A stretch of DNA of 63,776 bases, counting the filler, from Octopus bimaculoides (lineage: Eukaryota), in NCBI RefSeq assembly GCF_001194135.2. It is 6 parts of 6 records of this genome, joined end to end, with 100 filler letters (N's around TTAATTAATTAA, not from the genome) between each part and the next. Parts side by side here need not be neighbours in the genome. Positions count along the whole stretch, not along the records: positions 12,866 to 31,058 come from NC_068986.1; 5 more parts are not named here. One strand, given 5' to 3'. The position numbers and the translations under genes are program-made. Below, in pieces: positions 12,866 to 26,220 of the stretch (the stretch's first letter is position 1; every line of letters starts with the position of its first letter). The notes beneath the pieces were generated by a model. That model made no database searches, was not told the DNA's origin, and worked only from the letters and a program-made list of their open reading frames with translations.

Positions 12866-13644
12866 TATATATATATATATATATCTGTATATATATATAT
12901 ATACATATATATGCGTATATATATATATATACACATATATATATACGTATATATATACATATGAATATACTTATACACACACACACACAAACACACATAC
13001 ATATACACTACACACACAGACGCAAACATATATATATATGAGTGTATGTTTGTGTGTGTGACCGTGCGTGTGTATGTGTGTATGTGTGTTTATGTGTGTA
13101 TGTGTGTTTATGTGTGTGTGTGTGTGTTTATGTGGGTGTAAAAAATAGAAAGAAATATATGAACTGAGACAAACTTGAGATTATTTGGAAATTTTGCCGG
13201 ACTTTTATGTCATGTGCAACTTATACTGCTTTCCTTTTAGGAAGGGTTTCTGTAAATCTGAGATTAGCTGACCTCATGATTCTCATTAGAATCGCAATTA
13301 CGTATGCATTAAGAGTCAGATTATATCTCAGACAGAATTTGCTTTCTATCAGGTGAGGTGAATGGAAATTACTATAGCATCACAAGATGCTTAATACCGA
13401 TAAGGTTATAAATATCAGAATAAGGAGATAACAATGTATGGAGTAGGAGAGATATAGAGAAAGAGATAAATAATGACAACGAAAGAATGAAACAGATGGA
13501 TAAGAAGACAAAAATAATGACAACAATAACAGGAAAAACACATTTCTTGTATAAGAAGCTTTAAAGAGAATGAAAACAGTAAAAAGAATGTAATTTAAGA
13601 CAACGAAATAAAGTATAAGGTAATACTGATCTTATTATCTATCA

Positions 13645-13745
13645 GTCTAAGGCGGCAAGCGGGCGGAATCGTTGGTGCACGGGACAAAATACTTAGCGAC
13701 ATTTTGTCCGTTTTACCATTCTGCGTTCAAATTCCGCCGAGGTCC
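13645..13745 (+). mobile_element. SINE family B head fragment
   Basis: aaggcggcaagcgggcggaatcgtt...gcgttcaaattccgccgaggtc. Confidence 0.8.
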
Positions 13746-14095
13746 ACTCTACCTATGTTTATCTAATATATCTGCATATATAACTATGGCTTTACATTCG
13801 AATACATACATACATGCATACATACATACATACATACATACATACATACATACATTATGGCTGCAGGCTCATATTCGAGTATTGCTATCGCCTTATCGTA
13901 AGATACACACATGCAAAGACTACGATCAGCCATTTTTGTGATAGGCCTTACTTTTTTTCAAGCGATGCCTGTGCATAAGGATCTTTCATAATGGTAAAAG
14001 GATTCGCACAAATCCAGTTGCATTCTCTGAACATGGGCAACATAAACTCGAAAAGAAGGACTAGTATACATTATTGAATATTGTCTATGTTGCAG

Positions 14096-14346
14096 ATTTT
14101 CTCTCAGAAGTTCTCTCTCCCAGAGAGATGTTATGATAACAACAGAGGGGCTTCCCATTCCCAGTGGACCAACCACGCGCCTGGACACCAACCCAGGTAT
14201 TTCCACATCTCCGTGAATATATACAGGCATATATACACGTGTATGCATTGTTGGATGGCCGCTGACTGCTCATGAGCTCTTTGATAGACCTTATTTTTCG
14301 TCCTGCAGGATCTCCAACAATAGTCCTCCCCACCAAACAAGCTTAA
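14096..14346 (+). other. Putative spliced exons 14096-14196 and 14309-14346 (unknown product or lncRNA)
   Basis: Acceptor tatgttgcag, donor CAG|GTATTT, 112-nt intron with gctgac branch-like site and ccttatttttcgtcctgcag acceptor; frame reads ...MITTEGLPIPSGPTTRLDTNPGSPTIVLPTKQA*; no homology recognised. Confidence 0.25.
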
Positions 14347-14393
14347 TAAGGTTGCCAGTTTAGTTTCCGACGACCCGATCATGCAACAAATGT

Positions 14394-14628
14394 ATTGAAA
14401 AATACAGAAATAATTTATTCTCAAACGCATGATAATGCTAATACAATAGCATGAACAGGATAAACTATCCGTATATGGCAGAAAAATTCGTTACCGGCCA
14501 ACCATGGCTGGCCGGTAACGAATTATTTTGCAATATATGGATAGTTTATATGGATAGTTTATCCTGTTCATGCTATTATATTAGCATTATCATGCGTTTG
14601 AGAATAAATTATTTCTGTATCTTTAAAT
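14394..14628. mobile_element. Spacerless palindromic MITE/foldback, 235 bp, 10-bp TSD
   Basis: Arms are reverse complements around ggccaaccatggctggcc; flanks caacaaatgt (14384-14393) and ctacaaatgt (14629-14638). Confidence 0.85.
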
Positions 14629-15747
14629 CTACAAATGTTTTTGCTTCTAACAAAAAAAAGCTAGCATGATGACGAACCATTTCAAAACTAGTTTATATGA
14701 TTTTTTGCTTTGATGTAGAAACGTACAAAACCAGACATAATATTTCCAATAAACCATCTCTCAATGTATCAAGTCGTGCAATGAATATGTCATATTTTTG
14801 TAAGTGTGAGATTGGAATATGTCTCTTAGAACACATATTCTTTATTTCAGCCAATGAGTTGACGAGAGATAGCTAACTTTAAAGAATATTCTCTGGAAAT
14901 TTTACAACAACCCATAAAAGTCGATGGGGTTGATAAACTTAGAATAAGTGTCTCCTGCGAAGATGCTCAACATTATGGATTATATAGATAACATAACCGA
15001 GTTATGTGATAAGATAAAGCATTTAGCTAAGAATGATTTTTGGGGAAAATATACGGCCAGCTGCATCCGTGCTTTTACGAGTTTCCACATGCAAAATTTC
15101 TACATCAAGTTCAGCAAAACAATATAACATTGTTAAATGGTAGATTTTGAAGAATTTGTGTATGATGTAGCAAAGTTACTAAATTCTCAGAGTCTATTGA
15201 GTTTGTCTGATGAGAAGATGAAGATATCTGAACAAGAACAAGTTGAATTGAAAGAAGATATAGTGCTCCTCTCATTCCACAAAAATAACAAGATTTCATA
15301 ATGAGCTCAGTTCCTACAAAGAAATCAGCTAAGTTTGGAAAGAATTCTCACTTCACAACCAGGTGGTGATGCTGATAATCTAAAAGGTAGAAAACAGTAC
15401 CATTCTTATTTCCGTTAAATCCCATTGGACTACCTGCCAACACACAGTAACCAGCATCTTATGTAATGAGATCTCACTGTACAATCATACCACAGTCTCA
15501 AGCATAGTTCGAGAATGCTTGAGATATATAAATGTATGCATGTTTGTATGTAAGTATAAATTAACAGTATGGGTTGAGTAAATCTCCATCGAAGCTTCAC
15601 GGTCCTAATACATTCCATGTTAAAATCACATGATTTTCTTTGCAGAATGAACTGAAGGACAACTCGATTAGTTTCCCTTAATTATTACTGTCACGTTAAA
15701 TATTTACTTCCTTCGTTGGTTCGTTAGAGATAAAGAGGGACACCTAG

Positions 15748-15784
<37 letters not shown>

Positions 15785-16351
15785 CAGACAGACAGACAGA
15801 CAGACACAGAAAGACAGAGAAGAGAAAATAAAATATAACAACTGCTATGAGCAACAAGGAATACATTTTTCCTTTGCATCAGTGTATTCATTTGCAAAGT
15901 GTATTAATTAATTATCAGCTTGTGTATTTGTGGAAATGTAAATATTTTTTACACGGGTACGTGTAATTAAGCACACATTTAGCCCCCTACACTTAAGTTA
16001 ATTAATTTGGTTAACACAGTCTCATACTGTACTAATATGCAAATGAGCAAAAGGAAATGCCTGTTCAAATAGTTGCAAGCTACTCTCTCACTCTCTCTCT
16101 CTCTCTCTCAGCCACCTCCCCTTTTCCGTCTCTCTTTGTGATGAAGTAAATTTACTTGATATGCTAGTAATGGCAAAGTGAAACTAGTGGAGTTAATCTT
16201 CAATTTGTTGTTCGGTAAGTCTTGCGGTTTAACCACAAGGTATGTGTGTATAAAAGGGTCAATACATGTTTATTGAATATGATTATATCAATGTATTTAC
16301 AAATTACTCACAAACGCACACATGTCTGTGGGTAACTACATATTTACATAT

Positions 16352-16620
16352 GAGGGAGCGCAGCCCAGTGGCTAGGCTGTTGTACTCACGATTACGAGAT
16401 TGTGAATTCGATTTCCAGACCAGGCAGTGCGTTGTATTCTTGAACAAACCACTTCATTTCATATTGCTCAGCGATCACTTCGGCATCTGATGTGCGACAC
16501 TGTTCATCTGTGCAGCTTACATCAATTTGATACAAGGAGTGCTCTGATGTGCAATACGAACATTTCATCACTATAAACGAATCATCTGTACATGTTGTCC
16601 TGCAAGAAATATTGCAAAAC
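16352..16620 (+). mobile_element. Degenerate tRNA-derived SINE
   Basis: gcgcagcccagtggctagg (A box) ... gtgaattcgatttccagacc (B box), similar to the family C head. Confidence 0.65.
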
Positions 16621-16762
16621 TTCCTTTCTTGGACTCGAGAGAGTACCATACATATATTTGTATACATACACACGTACACGAACATACATTTATACACGCA
16701 TTCATAAGTACGCGTACACACTTACACACATTTATGCACACATACATATATCTATATGTATG

Positions 16763-16793
<31 letters not shown>

Positions 16794-17304
16794 NNNNNNN
16801 NNNNNNNNNNNNNNNNNNNNNNNNNNNNNNNNNNNNNNNNNNNNNNNNNNNNNNNNNNNNNNNNNNNNNNNNNNNNNNNNNNNNNNNNNNNNNNNNNNNN
16901 NNNNNNNNNNNNNNNNNNNNNNNNNNNNNNNNNNNNNNNNNNNNNNNNNNNNNNNNNNNNNNNNNNNNNNNNNNNNNNNNNNNNNNNNNNNNNNNNNNNN
17001 NNNNNNNNNNNNNNNNNNNNNNNNNNNNNNNNNNNNNNNNNNNNNNNNNNNNNNNNNNNNNNNNNNNNNNNNNNNNNNNNNNNNNNNNNNNNNNNNNNNN
17101 NNNNNNNNNNNNNNNNNNNNNNNNNNNNNNNNNNNNNNNNNNNNNNNNNNNNNGGGAATGTTCTTTATGTTGCCTGTCTCGTTTCACTATTTGTTTCTTG
17201 CGTTGTTCGAAAAATAGTTCGTTTCCCATGCTTTTGTTTCTTATGTTCTCGTTTTTCATTTTGTTTTTCACGTTTTTTGGACGTCCTTTACCCATTTATG
17301 CATG

Positions 17305-17342
<38 letters not shown>

Positions 17343-18409
17343 TATGTACATGTATGTGTGTGTATATGCATATATATATATTATTCATATTATTATATGA
17401 TTGAACGCCACGCATCCATTTCCAAGTACATATATATATATACTTATATAGAGAGAGACATACAGATACATATATACATACATACACGCATGCATGCAAG
17501 CAAGTATATTGCAACACGTTTTACACGAATTTGTGTAGAAGATGACCGTCCTTCGATTCTCATTTTTCCTATTCTCAAAAATTTTCATACTTTGTGCCTT
17601 TGCAAGAAGCCACTTTTTACGAAGTTTGTGATGATTGTTGAAGATTGCTGAGTTATGTTTCTTGTCATTTCTACATTTTGTTGTCGACAAAAAAGGAACC
17701 ATTAAAAATAAGATTGATTAATAATGAAATTCAGAACTCAAGAGTTCGTTGTTTTCACGCCAGCGAAACCAAATTAATAGAATATGATGATATTGAAAAT
17801 AAATATAAACTAAGTGTATTTCACTCAACTAAAATTTAAATACTATTAATAAACGTTTGAAGCATAATGCTTATTTCAAGAGAAATATAAAATGCATGGC
17901 AAAGAAAATATACCTATGATGTTTCAGTAATTTATGGAGGTAATTGGTGCTGGAGCCATGTTTTCACATGATTTTGTTGTTGTTCTTGTACCTGCTAATT
18001 CTGCTACTGTTGTGTTTTCAACCCCAGCTCAGCTCTAAAAATCAAAACTACAGTTAAGAACATTCCAGCAAGTAAAAACGTCATTTTCCCCCCAAACATT
18101 GCATATCTAGGATTATAGGATGCGAGGTTCATTTTATAAGACGAGTGGATGTAAATTAATGAAAGTATGTCAGCTGTTTATATTAGGTAAAAGACTCATT
18201 CGGTGGTTCATTTGAGTTTCTGTCAAAGCTTTGTTAGTTAAAATCTTATTTCAGCTCCTATAAAATCATGGTCATATGTTTACATTAGAAATCAGTATTA
18301 TTATTCATTACATTTCAAGGTGAGCTCCGGCACGAAGAGGTAATTTCACTGGACACAACACAGCTTTGATCCACTTTGTTGTAGTCATTGCCCTTCGTAC
18401 AACGCGGTA

Positions 18410-18629
18410 CTCCAGCATTGATATCTTTTACTTTTTCTGTCATTTGACTGCGGTCATGCTGGAGTACCGTCTTGAACGGTTTTAGTCGAACAAATCGACC
18501 TCAGGATTTATTTATTATTATTTTCAAAGACTAATACTTATTCTATAGGAATCTTTCCTGAACCGCTAAATTACGGGAACCTAAACAGTCAAACATCGGC
18601 TGTCAAGTGATGGACGGTGACAAACACAG

Positions 18630-18662
<33 letters not shown>

Positions 18663-18860
18663 NNNNNNNNNNNNNNNNNNNNNNNNNNNNNNNNNNNNNN
18701 NNNNNNNNNNNNNNNNNNNNNNNNNNNNNNNNNNNNNNNNNNNNNNNNNNNNNNNNNNNNNNNNNNNNNNNNNNNNNNNNNNNNNNNNNNNNNNNNNNNN
18801 NNNNNNNNNNNNNNNNNNNNNNNNNNNNNNNNNNNNNNNNNNNNNNNNNNNNNNNNNNNN

Positions 18861-18896
<36 letters not shown>

Positions 18897-18990
18897 TCAC
18901 TAACACAAACACACACACACACAACCACATGGTTCCAGACTGAACCCGGAACCGTGTGGTAGGAAAGCAAATTCCTTACCGTACTGCCAC
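18410..18990 (-). mobile_element. SINE family A (spans N gap)
   Basis: tttgactgcggtcatgctggagtacc...ttagtcgaacaaatcgacc...aacatcggctgtcaag...gaacccggaaccgtgtgg. Confidence 0.85.
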
Positions 18991-20854
18991 ATTTAAGAAA
19001 CGAATGAAAGTCACATAATCCCGAAGGTCACTTACCACATTAGAAATCAAATATTAAAAGATTTCGTCGGAGTGTACTGTAATTACGGAACACGCATTCT
19101 ACTCGTTTATTAATGCCTTATCAGATGATAAGGCATTTTGTCAGTGAATAACATTTATCTGACAAATTGACTTACTACTAAAGCACATTTTTTCCTTTTA
19201 GCACGCCCTCTGCCATCTTTTACATTCAGAATGACATATTTCACAGTCGCGTGTTTAATTAATGGTAAGATTAGCATTAATGTTTCCAAGTCGATGTTTC
19301 TTTTTGTCAATGAACGGTTATTAATGTCTTAGGTAAATTCTCAGTCCTAAAACAATGAATATTTCATTTTTTCCATACTATAGTTAATCTTTCTAATGGA
19401 TGCAGTAACAGTGATAGCTTGATTGAATCAATGAATTTCATTACAACGCATTAATTATTCAAATATTTAACATTAACACACTTTCATAACATTTCAACAT
19501 AAGTTAGACGCCCTTCGTGTCTCGTTCAATTGCTAGGCATACGTGACAGGCAATTAAACTGTATAATAATCTAAGCGACACAGATAACAAAATGGCCATC
19601 CTTAGAGATATTCTACTTCAATCAAATTACATTGACATATCAGGCCACAACGTCACCCCAATATCATCAGCTAGCGTGATTTTTGTTTGCTCTTATTTTT
19701 TACAACCATACATATACCTTCATTGATGGCACTGCTCCAGTATAGCCACTGTCCACAGTTTGAATCTAGATAAAAGAATAAAAGAATGAAATAGTGCATA
19801 CACACCTAATATTTAAAGTAGTTCAACTAGAAAATGCAACAATGGTCTTTTGTGGTTTATTTAAATTAAATGCTTTAAAATTTCTCACTCAAAATACAAT
19901 ATTCCGAGATCATTCTCGATATCTCAATGTAATTTTATTTTTTTCTTTCCATTAATTAGTTTTTGCTTCATTTGTAGCGTATTTATTCTATGAGCAGAAT
20001 ATAACGAGCTGTTGCCGTTTGATGCACATACAAAATTCACAATAAACAAAATAAGTTGCATTTTTTTTTTAATCTCAAGATTGCGCCCTTTGTTTTCGTC
20101 GAGGAAATTCTGATCTCTGCCTTTTTACAAAAACATGAATTCGTGAATAATAATGTAATCGAACACTATGATTTTGTGAAGTGCAATAAGTCAATAAATG
20201 ATTCATACAATTTCGAGGTATCAGATGCGCAGAAATAATGGTTCAATTGAAGTAGCACTTTCGTTGTGCAACCAGATTATAAATGGAATGCAAATATTTC
20301 TACCAAGCTTCCTCGAGGCACTGTCCACATCACCAGTGCTTCTACAGAATCTGCTTCAAGCCTCACATCGATTTATGTTCAAGTTATCCTGTAAATTCAA
20401 CAGGAATTGCAATTTTTAACTTCTATTAGAACAACGACGCCCTCAGAAAATATTTTTTAATTCATATATTTCATGAAGATTATTCCAGATGATGATGGAT
20501 GGGTACCTAAGACTGTTTGTAAACTTTAGATCAAATATGAAACAGTTATGAATATATTGTTCCCGGTACTTCTTTCTCATTCATAATAAGAACAGAAGAA
20601 ATGTACAAGAAACAATGCATTCCTGACTACCTTTTTGGTAGCATGTCTCTGACAGGCTGTATATTGTATTTAGCTTGTATTTCTTTAGTAGTATACTGCA
20701 TCAATATGTTTTCTTTTATAGAAACTCTTGATGTCAATTTTTTAGATACCTCCACTTCATCGATTGCAATGAACCTGAGAACTTTCTTTTAGATTGTATT
20801 TATTGTTGATAATATTTAAAAGGCCTTCCCGGACAGACACAGACACAGAAATAG

Positions 20855-20918
<64 letters not shown>

Positions 20919-21214
20919 TTATATATATGCTACGATGCTTTGGTATCTGTAGTGAGTGGAAACACCCTCTTTATCAATCTTTTTATGTTGTTACACACTA
21001 CTTGCATCTTCTGATGTCCGTGTGTATAGTAAAATATTGAAATAGCTGTAACACAGTAATTCAGTTACCATTGAAATATCAGTCTTTATATGCTGCTTAT
21101 AACTAGCTTTACTACTGGCAAGCTATACATAACAGTTTGGGGTTTGAAGAATAGTTCTTCATTAATTATACTACTCTGTCCTACATTTCTAATAGGAATA
21201 TTTACATTTTACAG

Positions 21215-21309
21215 ATGGGTTGTCCAGCTCCAAAGGATCTACTGATCGCAGAAGCGTTAAATACTTTGACAGAAGTGAAATTGTGGAATATAATTCGCTT
21301 GAGACTTAG
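21215..21309 (+). CDS. Putative terminal coding exon, (D)GLSSSKGSTDRRSVKYFDRSEIVEYNSLET*
   Basis: Strong acceptor tttacattttacag; 30 open codons to TAG; AT-rich downstream region with AATAAA near 21790 and 21840. A second frame (MGCPAPK...) is also open; no homology confirmed. Confidence 0.25.
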
Positions 21310-23224
21310 ACATTATATCAATGCAGTGTGAAGAGATGGGATGTTTGTCTGTACAAGCATGTACGATATAAAAAAAATCAACATTTTTAGGAACTACCAT
21401 AACTAATTAGAACATAGGATTACTACTAAAGACTCCGGTTGTGTAGAACTTAGTTGGAGAAAATATGCCTTACAGGGTCCACAATACACTACACTGCAAC
21501 TTTTCATTGTTGAATTCAGTATAATAAGGTAACAAAATAAGTGATATAATTCTGTGATACTCTATTTACTTTGTGGTTGTAACTGAAAAAGATGAATTTA
21601 ATAGCACAGTGTTGTGTGGAAAACAGAAACTAACACTTAATAGGACAACTAATGATAAAACCAACTGAGCAGTGGAATGAACACGTGTGAAGCAAGTAAT
21701 CTTGAAAGAGTTTGTCCCTCTGAAACCGATACTCATGAAATACGTTTGAACTCAGTGTTGAAAGCTAACAAATTACTATTTGATTTATGGAATAAAGTTG
21801 ATTACTATTTACAGTTCTGTAGTTAAGCAAAATTATAAATAAAAATGTGACTTTAATATAGAAATGCTTGTAGTTCTCCCTCTCGCTTACTAGGTCGAAA
21901 AATAATATTTGCAGACTCAAAACAGTTTTTGTTTAATTCTAATGTGATAATTTCCGAAGTTGGAAACATTGCAAATAATAACAAAACGCAAATTTTTTTA
22001 GCATTTAAATATGTCAGCACCATTTTATAATTAATTTATCAATTAATTGCATTTGTGAAAGGTTACAAATATAAAGTAACAATAACTACTACACTGAGGA
22101 CTATAAAAACTAATTAATCATTAGATGTATCTATGACATTAATATGCAAGTTTATATACAAAAACAAGTACTCTTTGTGACATGCTAACCTACTATAATA
22201 TTTGGAAAAGCATAAATTTTATACCTTTTCATATCACTTTTATTTAAAGTATCAGTACTTCTCCAGAATTTTAGAAACTAATATTTACTGTGTAACCATC
22301 TATGTGCATGTGTGTGTATGTGTGTGTGTGTGTGTGCGTGTGTGTGTGTGTGTGTGTATGTATACAAACATATGTATGTGCGTGTGTATGTGTGTGTGTG
22401 TAGAAGGTTGATGCATGTATTTATATACACATATGCATATATATGTATGAATTTATGCATGTATGTATATGTGTATACTTGAATTGCTGGAGGATCTTTG
22501 TATTATCTCAAGTAATCAGAATCCCATCATTAATCGCTATTCAAGTGAAAATCAGATAGCGTATTTTAAAGGAAGCCATATAAAAATAGAGTCAGTTGTT
22601 AGCACAGAAGTACTAGAGGGCAATTTCCTATAGCAAGAGTGTAACCAAACGGCTTTTTAAAATGATCGATGACTGACCATTTTTGGAGGAATGTTCCCGC
22701 TGTTTGAAATAAAACTAATCGCAACAACTCAAAAGACGTAATTATATTGTGGCAAAGGCTTCTCTAAAGTATTTATTGACTAATTATTCTGATTATAGCG
22801 TTTATATAAAAACTTTCTACCGAAGATCTTATACGTCTTTTAACAAAGCTTTCAAATAAGAGAGCCTATTCTACAGATGATAAGATTTCAAGATAACCAC
22901 AGCGATTAAGAGTACAGCAAGACAGAAATAAATGAAGCAATTTTTACAGATTAAGAAAGCACTACAAAATGTCTCACTTTCATAAAATATTTATGCTGTA
23001 CAGTTTATAGTCTATCTATAGTTCCATATAACATAATTTGGAGTTTAAGTCCTGAAAGAGTATCTAACTATTTTTTTTTATCCTTTTAAGGACAGTAATT
23101 TAAGTAGCATGTGTATTTACAAAATGTTAGAAACCAGGTTATACTTAATTCGCTGCAATTTATATATCTGTCTAGTAATGTAAATTCTCTAATACTTTGT
23201 GTACATATTTATTCTTTTATACTT

Positions 23225-23371
23225 TTAGTCATTTCAGTCATTTTACCTGCGGCCATGCTGGAGCACAGCCTTTAGTCGAACAAATCGATCCCAGTACTTA
23301 TTCTTTTGCCGAACGGCTAAGTTACGGGGACAGAAATATCTCAACATCGGCTGTCAAGTGAAGATAGGGGA

Positions 23372-23435
<64 letters not shown>

Positions 23436-23598
23436 CGACGGGCTTCTTTCAGTTTCCGTCTACCAAATCCACTCACAAGGCTTTGGTTTTCCCGAGGCTA
23501 TAGTAGGAGACACTTGACCAAGGTGCCACGCGGTAGGACTGAACCCGGAACCATGTGGTTTGGAACCAAGCTGCATACCACACAGCCACGCCTGCACC
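23225..23598 (-). mobile_element. SINE family A, near full length
   Basis: Tail atttcagtcattttacctgcggccatgctggagc, (CA)n(TA)n centre, head tacgacgggcttctttcagtttccgtctaccaaatcc...gaacccggaaccatgtgg. Confidence 0.92.
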
Positions 23599-23856
23599 GA
23601 TAGTGGTAAAAGAATATTAAAATCACTTATCAGAACTATTCTACATTATGCATATGAAAATACAAAAGTCTATTCTGTGTCTAGACTATGACATTCCCTA
23701 GGCTATGCATAAAACACAGAGCAATTTTTGATACAATTTCAAAATAGAGAAGTGTGTCTTATAGAGCAGCAAGCAAGGTGTGTATGTATGAGTAATTTTG
23801 TGTGTGTATGTATGTGTGAGGCGTGTGTATATGCATACGTGTGGTGTGTGTATGTA

Positions 23857-23921
<65 letters not shown>

Positions 23922-24889
23922 TTTTGCATGTGTGCAAACAATGAACTTTGGTGAGATTCTTTCAACGAAATTCTATTCAGATAGCATTGGTCAACCAGTC
24001 ACATGTACAAGGTACTGCTTCGTGAGGCTGAATGCAGATCTACATGGCTACGAACTTATACACACTTGTTATAACTGGTTTTTATGTCTAATTGTATCGA
24101 AATTAATAGCCGTGTCACTTATTGTAATTGAAGGTGCACTTGACAGATTTCCATATGTATACAGTCGAGATAATGGCAATACTCATTCAACATCGGCTTT
24201 TATGCATATATATTACAGTCGCACATATCTTCAGAAGTTTATCCAATACATAATACGTACATATGTGATATAATGTAGGTTTATGTTCACTCTGTTGTTT
24301 GCTGAATAGAAAAGCAGATTCAAACGGTAAGGTAGCAGTTGAACGACATTTTATCTTGACTATAAAATTAAATCTCTAAAACAGAATAAATAAGATGCAT
24401 CATCCCTGGGAAACATTTAGAGTAGATGATCATTTTGTTATGTCCATGTTGTTTTAAATAAATCGGCCGAGTGGCTCATAGATAACTGACGGATACTTCT
24501 AACGTTACCTTCACAAAGTTATGCAGGATTCATGTCAAGAGATTTCAGTTCAGCAAAACTAATCCTAAATCCTAATCTCCAATATATAAATATATTTTGT
24601 AGAAATGTATATAACAAGATATAATATAATAAATAGTTTATTTTGTCTTCGCCTTCGCTCTTTGTGCTATATGAACATTTATTGTGGTTTAGAGTCAAGA
24701 TTTGACTGCTATTTTTCAGCGTGGCGGTATCTCTTAGATACCCTATATTATAATTTTAAATAATTGTTACCTTTGATAGTTTTTATTCCCATGCTGGCCA
24801 CTTGATAAAATCAATATTTTAAATATCGATCTTATCCTTATTTATATAAATATATAATATAATATGTAATATTTCTAATCATAAATATA

Positions 24890-24892
24890 GTA

Positions 24893-24926
<34 letters not shown>

Positions 24927-24990
24927 CACGTGTGTACACACGTCACATTCACATAAACATACATGTGTGTACTTGTGAATATAATTAATG

Positions 24991-25060
<70 letters not shown>

Positions 25061-25061
25061 T

Positions 25062-25133
<72 letters not shown>

Positions 25134-25148
25134 GCGTGTGTGTGTGAG
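24890..25148. repeat. Compound microsatellite (TACA)(TA)(GA)(GATA)(TG)
   Basis: Visible tandem repeats. Confidence 0.95.
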
Positions 25149-25402
25149 TGTGTGTGTGTGTGTGTGTGGAGAAAAAGTCAAGGTAGAAAATGCTAAAATA
25201 ATTTTATAGAAAACCTTTTCAGCACCGGTTTCAGTCATTGAGACTGTTTCAATTGTAAGTGTGGAAAACAATTAATTTTGGGAAAAATTAAATGAAAAGT
25301 ACTTTAAAAGGATATTTACATAGTATTCAAATACAAGGGGCATTTTCTTTGTTTCTGCCTGTCTCTGTCTCTCTTCTTTACTCTCGTGGGGTCGAGGTCA
25401 TT

Positions 25403-25507
25403 GTGAAGAAGAAGAAGAAGAAGAAGAAGAAGAAGAAGAAGAAGAAGAAGAAGAAGAAGAAGAAGAAGAAGAAGAAGAACAACAACAACAACAACAACAA
25501 CAACAAG
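25403..25507. repeat. (AAG)n(AAC)n microsatellite
   Basis: Visible tandem repeats; source of the poly-K/N ORF. Confidence 0.97.
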
Positions 25508-25763
25508 AAAATAATGTGGGAGTGCTATGATAGTAGTAGGATGTTAAATGGTCAAGTGCCATGAAAGTGACTTGTTGTGGATGGTAGTAGTGATTGAATT
25601 CTTGATATATCTTTTTTAAATGTATTGTTTATAATATTTGCGCAGGTGTTATTCTGAACAGCAGTATCAGTAAAGTAAGGAAGGAGATGGCGGAGAGAAA
25701 GAAGAAGACGGAGATGGAGACAGAATAATAAGAGAATGTAGGATGGTAGGATAGTAGTAGGAT

Positions 25764-26220
25764 GTTAAATGGTAGATATTGCTTGGAGTCTGTAGGCTTA
25801 TAGTATACATCTGTTTCTATTACGTTGTTAGATTTCTTAATGAGGATGTCAAGGAAGGGAAGTCGTTGTTGGCTATATTCCATCATAAATTGAATGTTTA
25901 CGTCAAGTCCATTCATAAGTGCTTGAAATTCTTTAAGTCACACTATACTTTCATGCCAAAGAATGAAACATTCATCCAGGTATCTCTTTAAAGTTATTTT
26001 CTATGTAGAGGGAGAATGGGCTGCCGTTTTTTTCTAGAAGCTTACGATAAAGACTAATTGCTAGATATCCCATGACTAGGTTAGCAAAGGAGGGGCCATT
26101 CTCGTACCCATCGCAGTCCCCGATTTTTGTCGATAGCAGTTATCTTTGAAGACGAAGTAGTTATTCTCCATGATAAATTTTAGCCCTTCTATCACGAATT
26201 CCTTTTTGATGCGACCAGAA
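25764..26220 (-). pseudogene. Penelope reverse transcriptase fragment (frameshifted)
   Basis: Translates ENNYFVFKDNCYRQKSGTAMGTRMAP..FANLVMGYL..RYLDECF..LPFLDILIKK..TDVYYKPTDSKQYLPFN. Confidence 0.93.

Noticed and set aside
25403-25507. Poly-K/poly-N, poly-S, poly-I and poly-L ORFs as low-complexity proteins
   Set aside because: Pure trinucleotide microsatellites without splice or homology support
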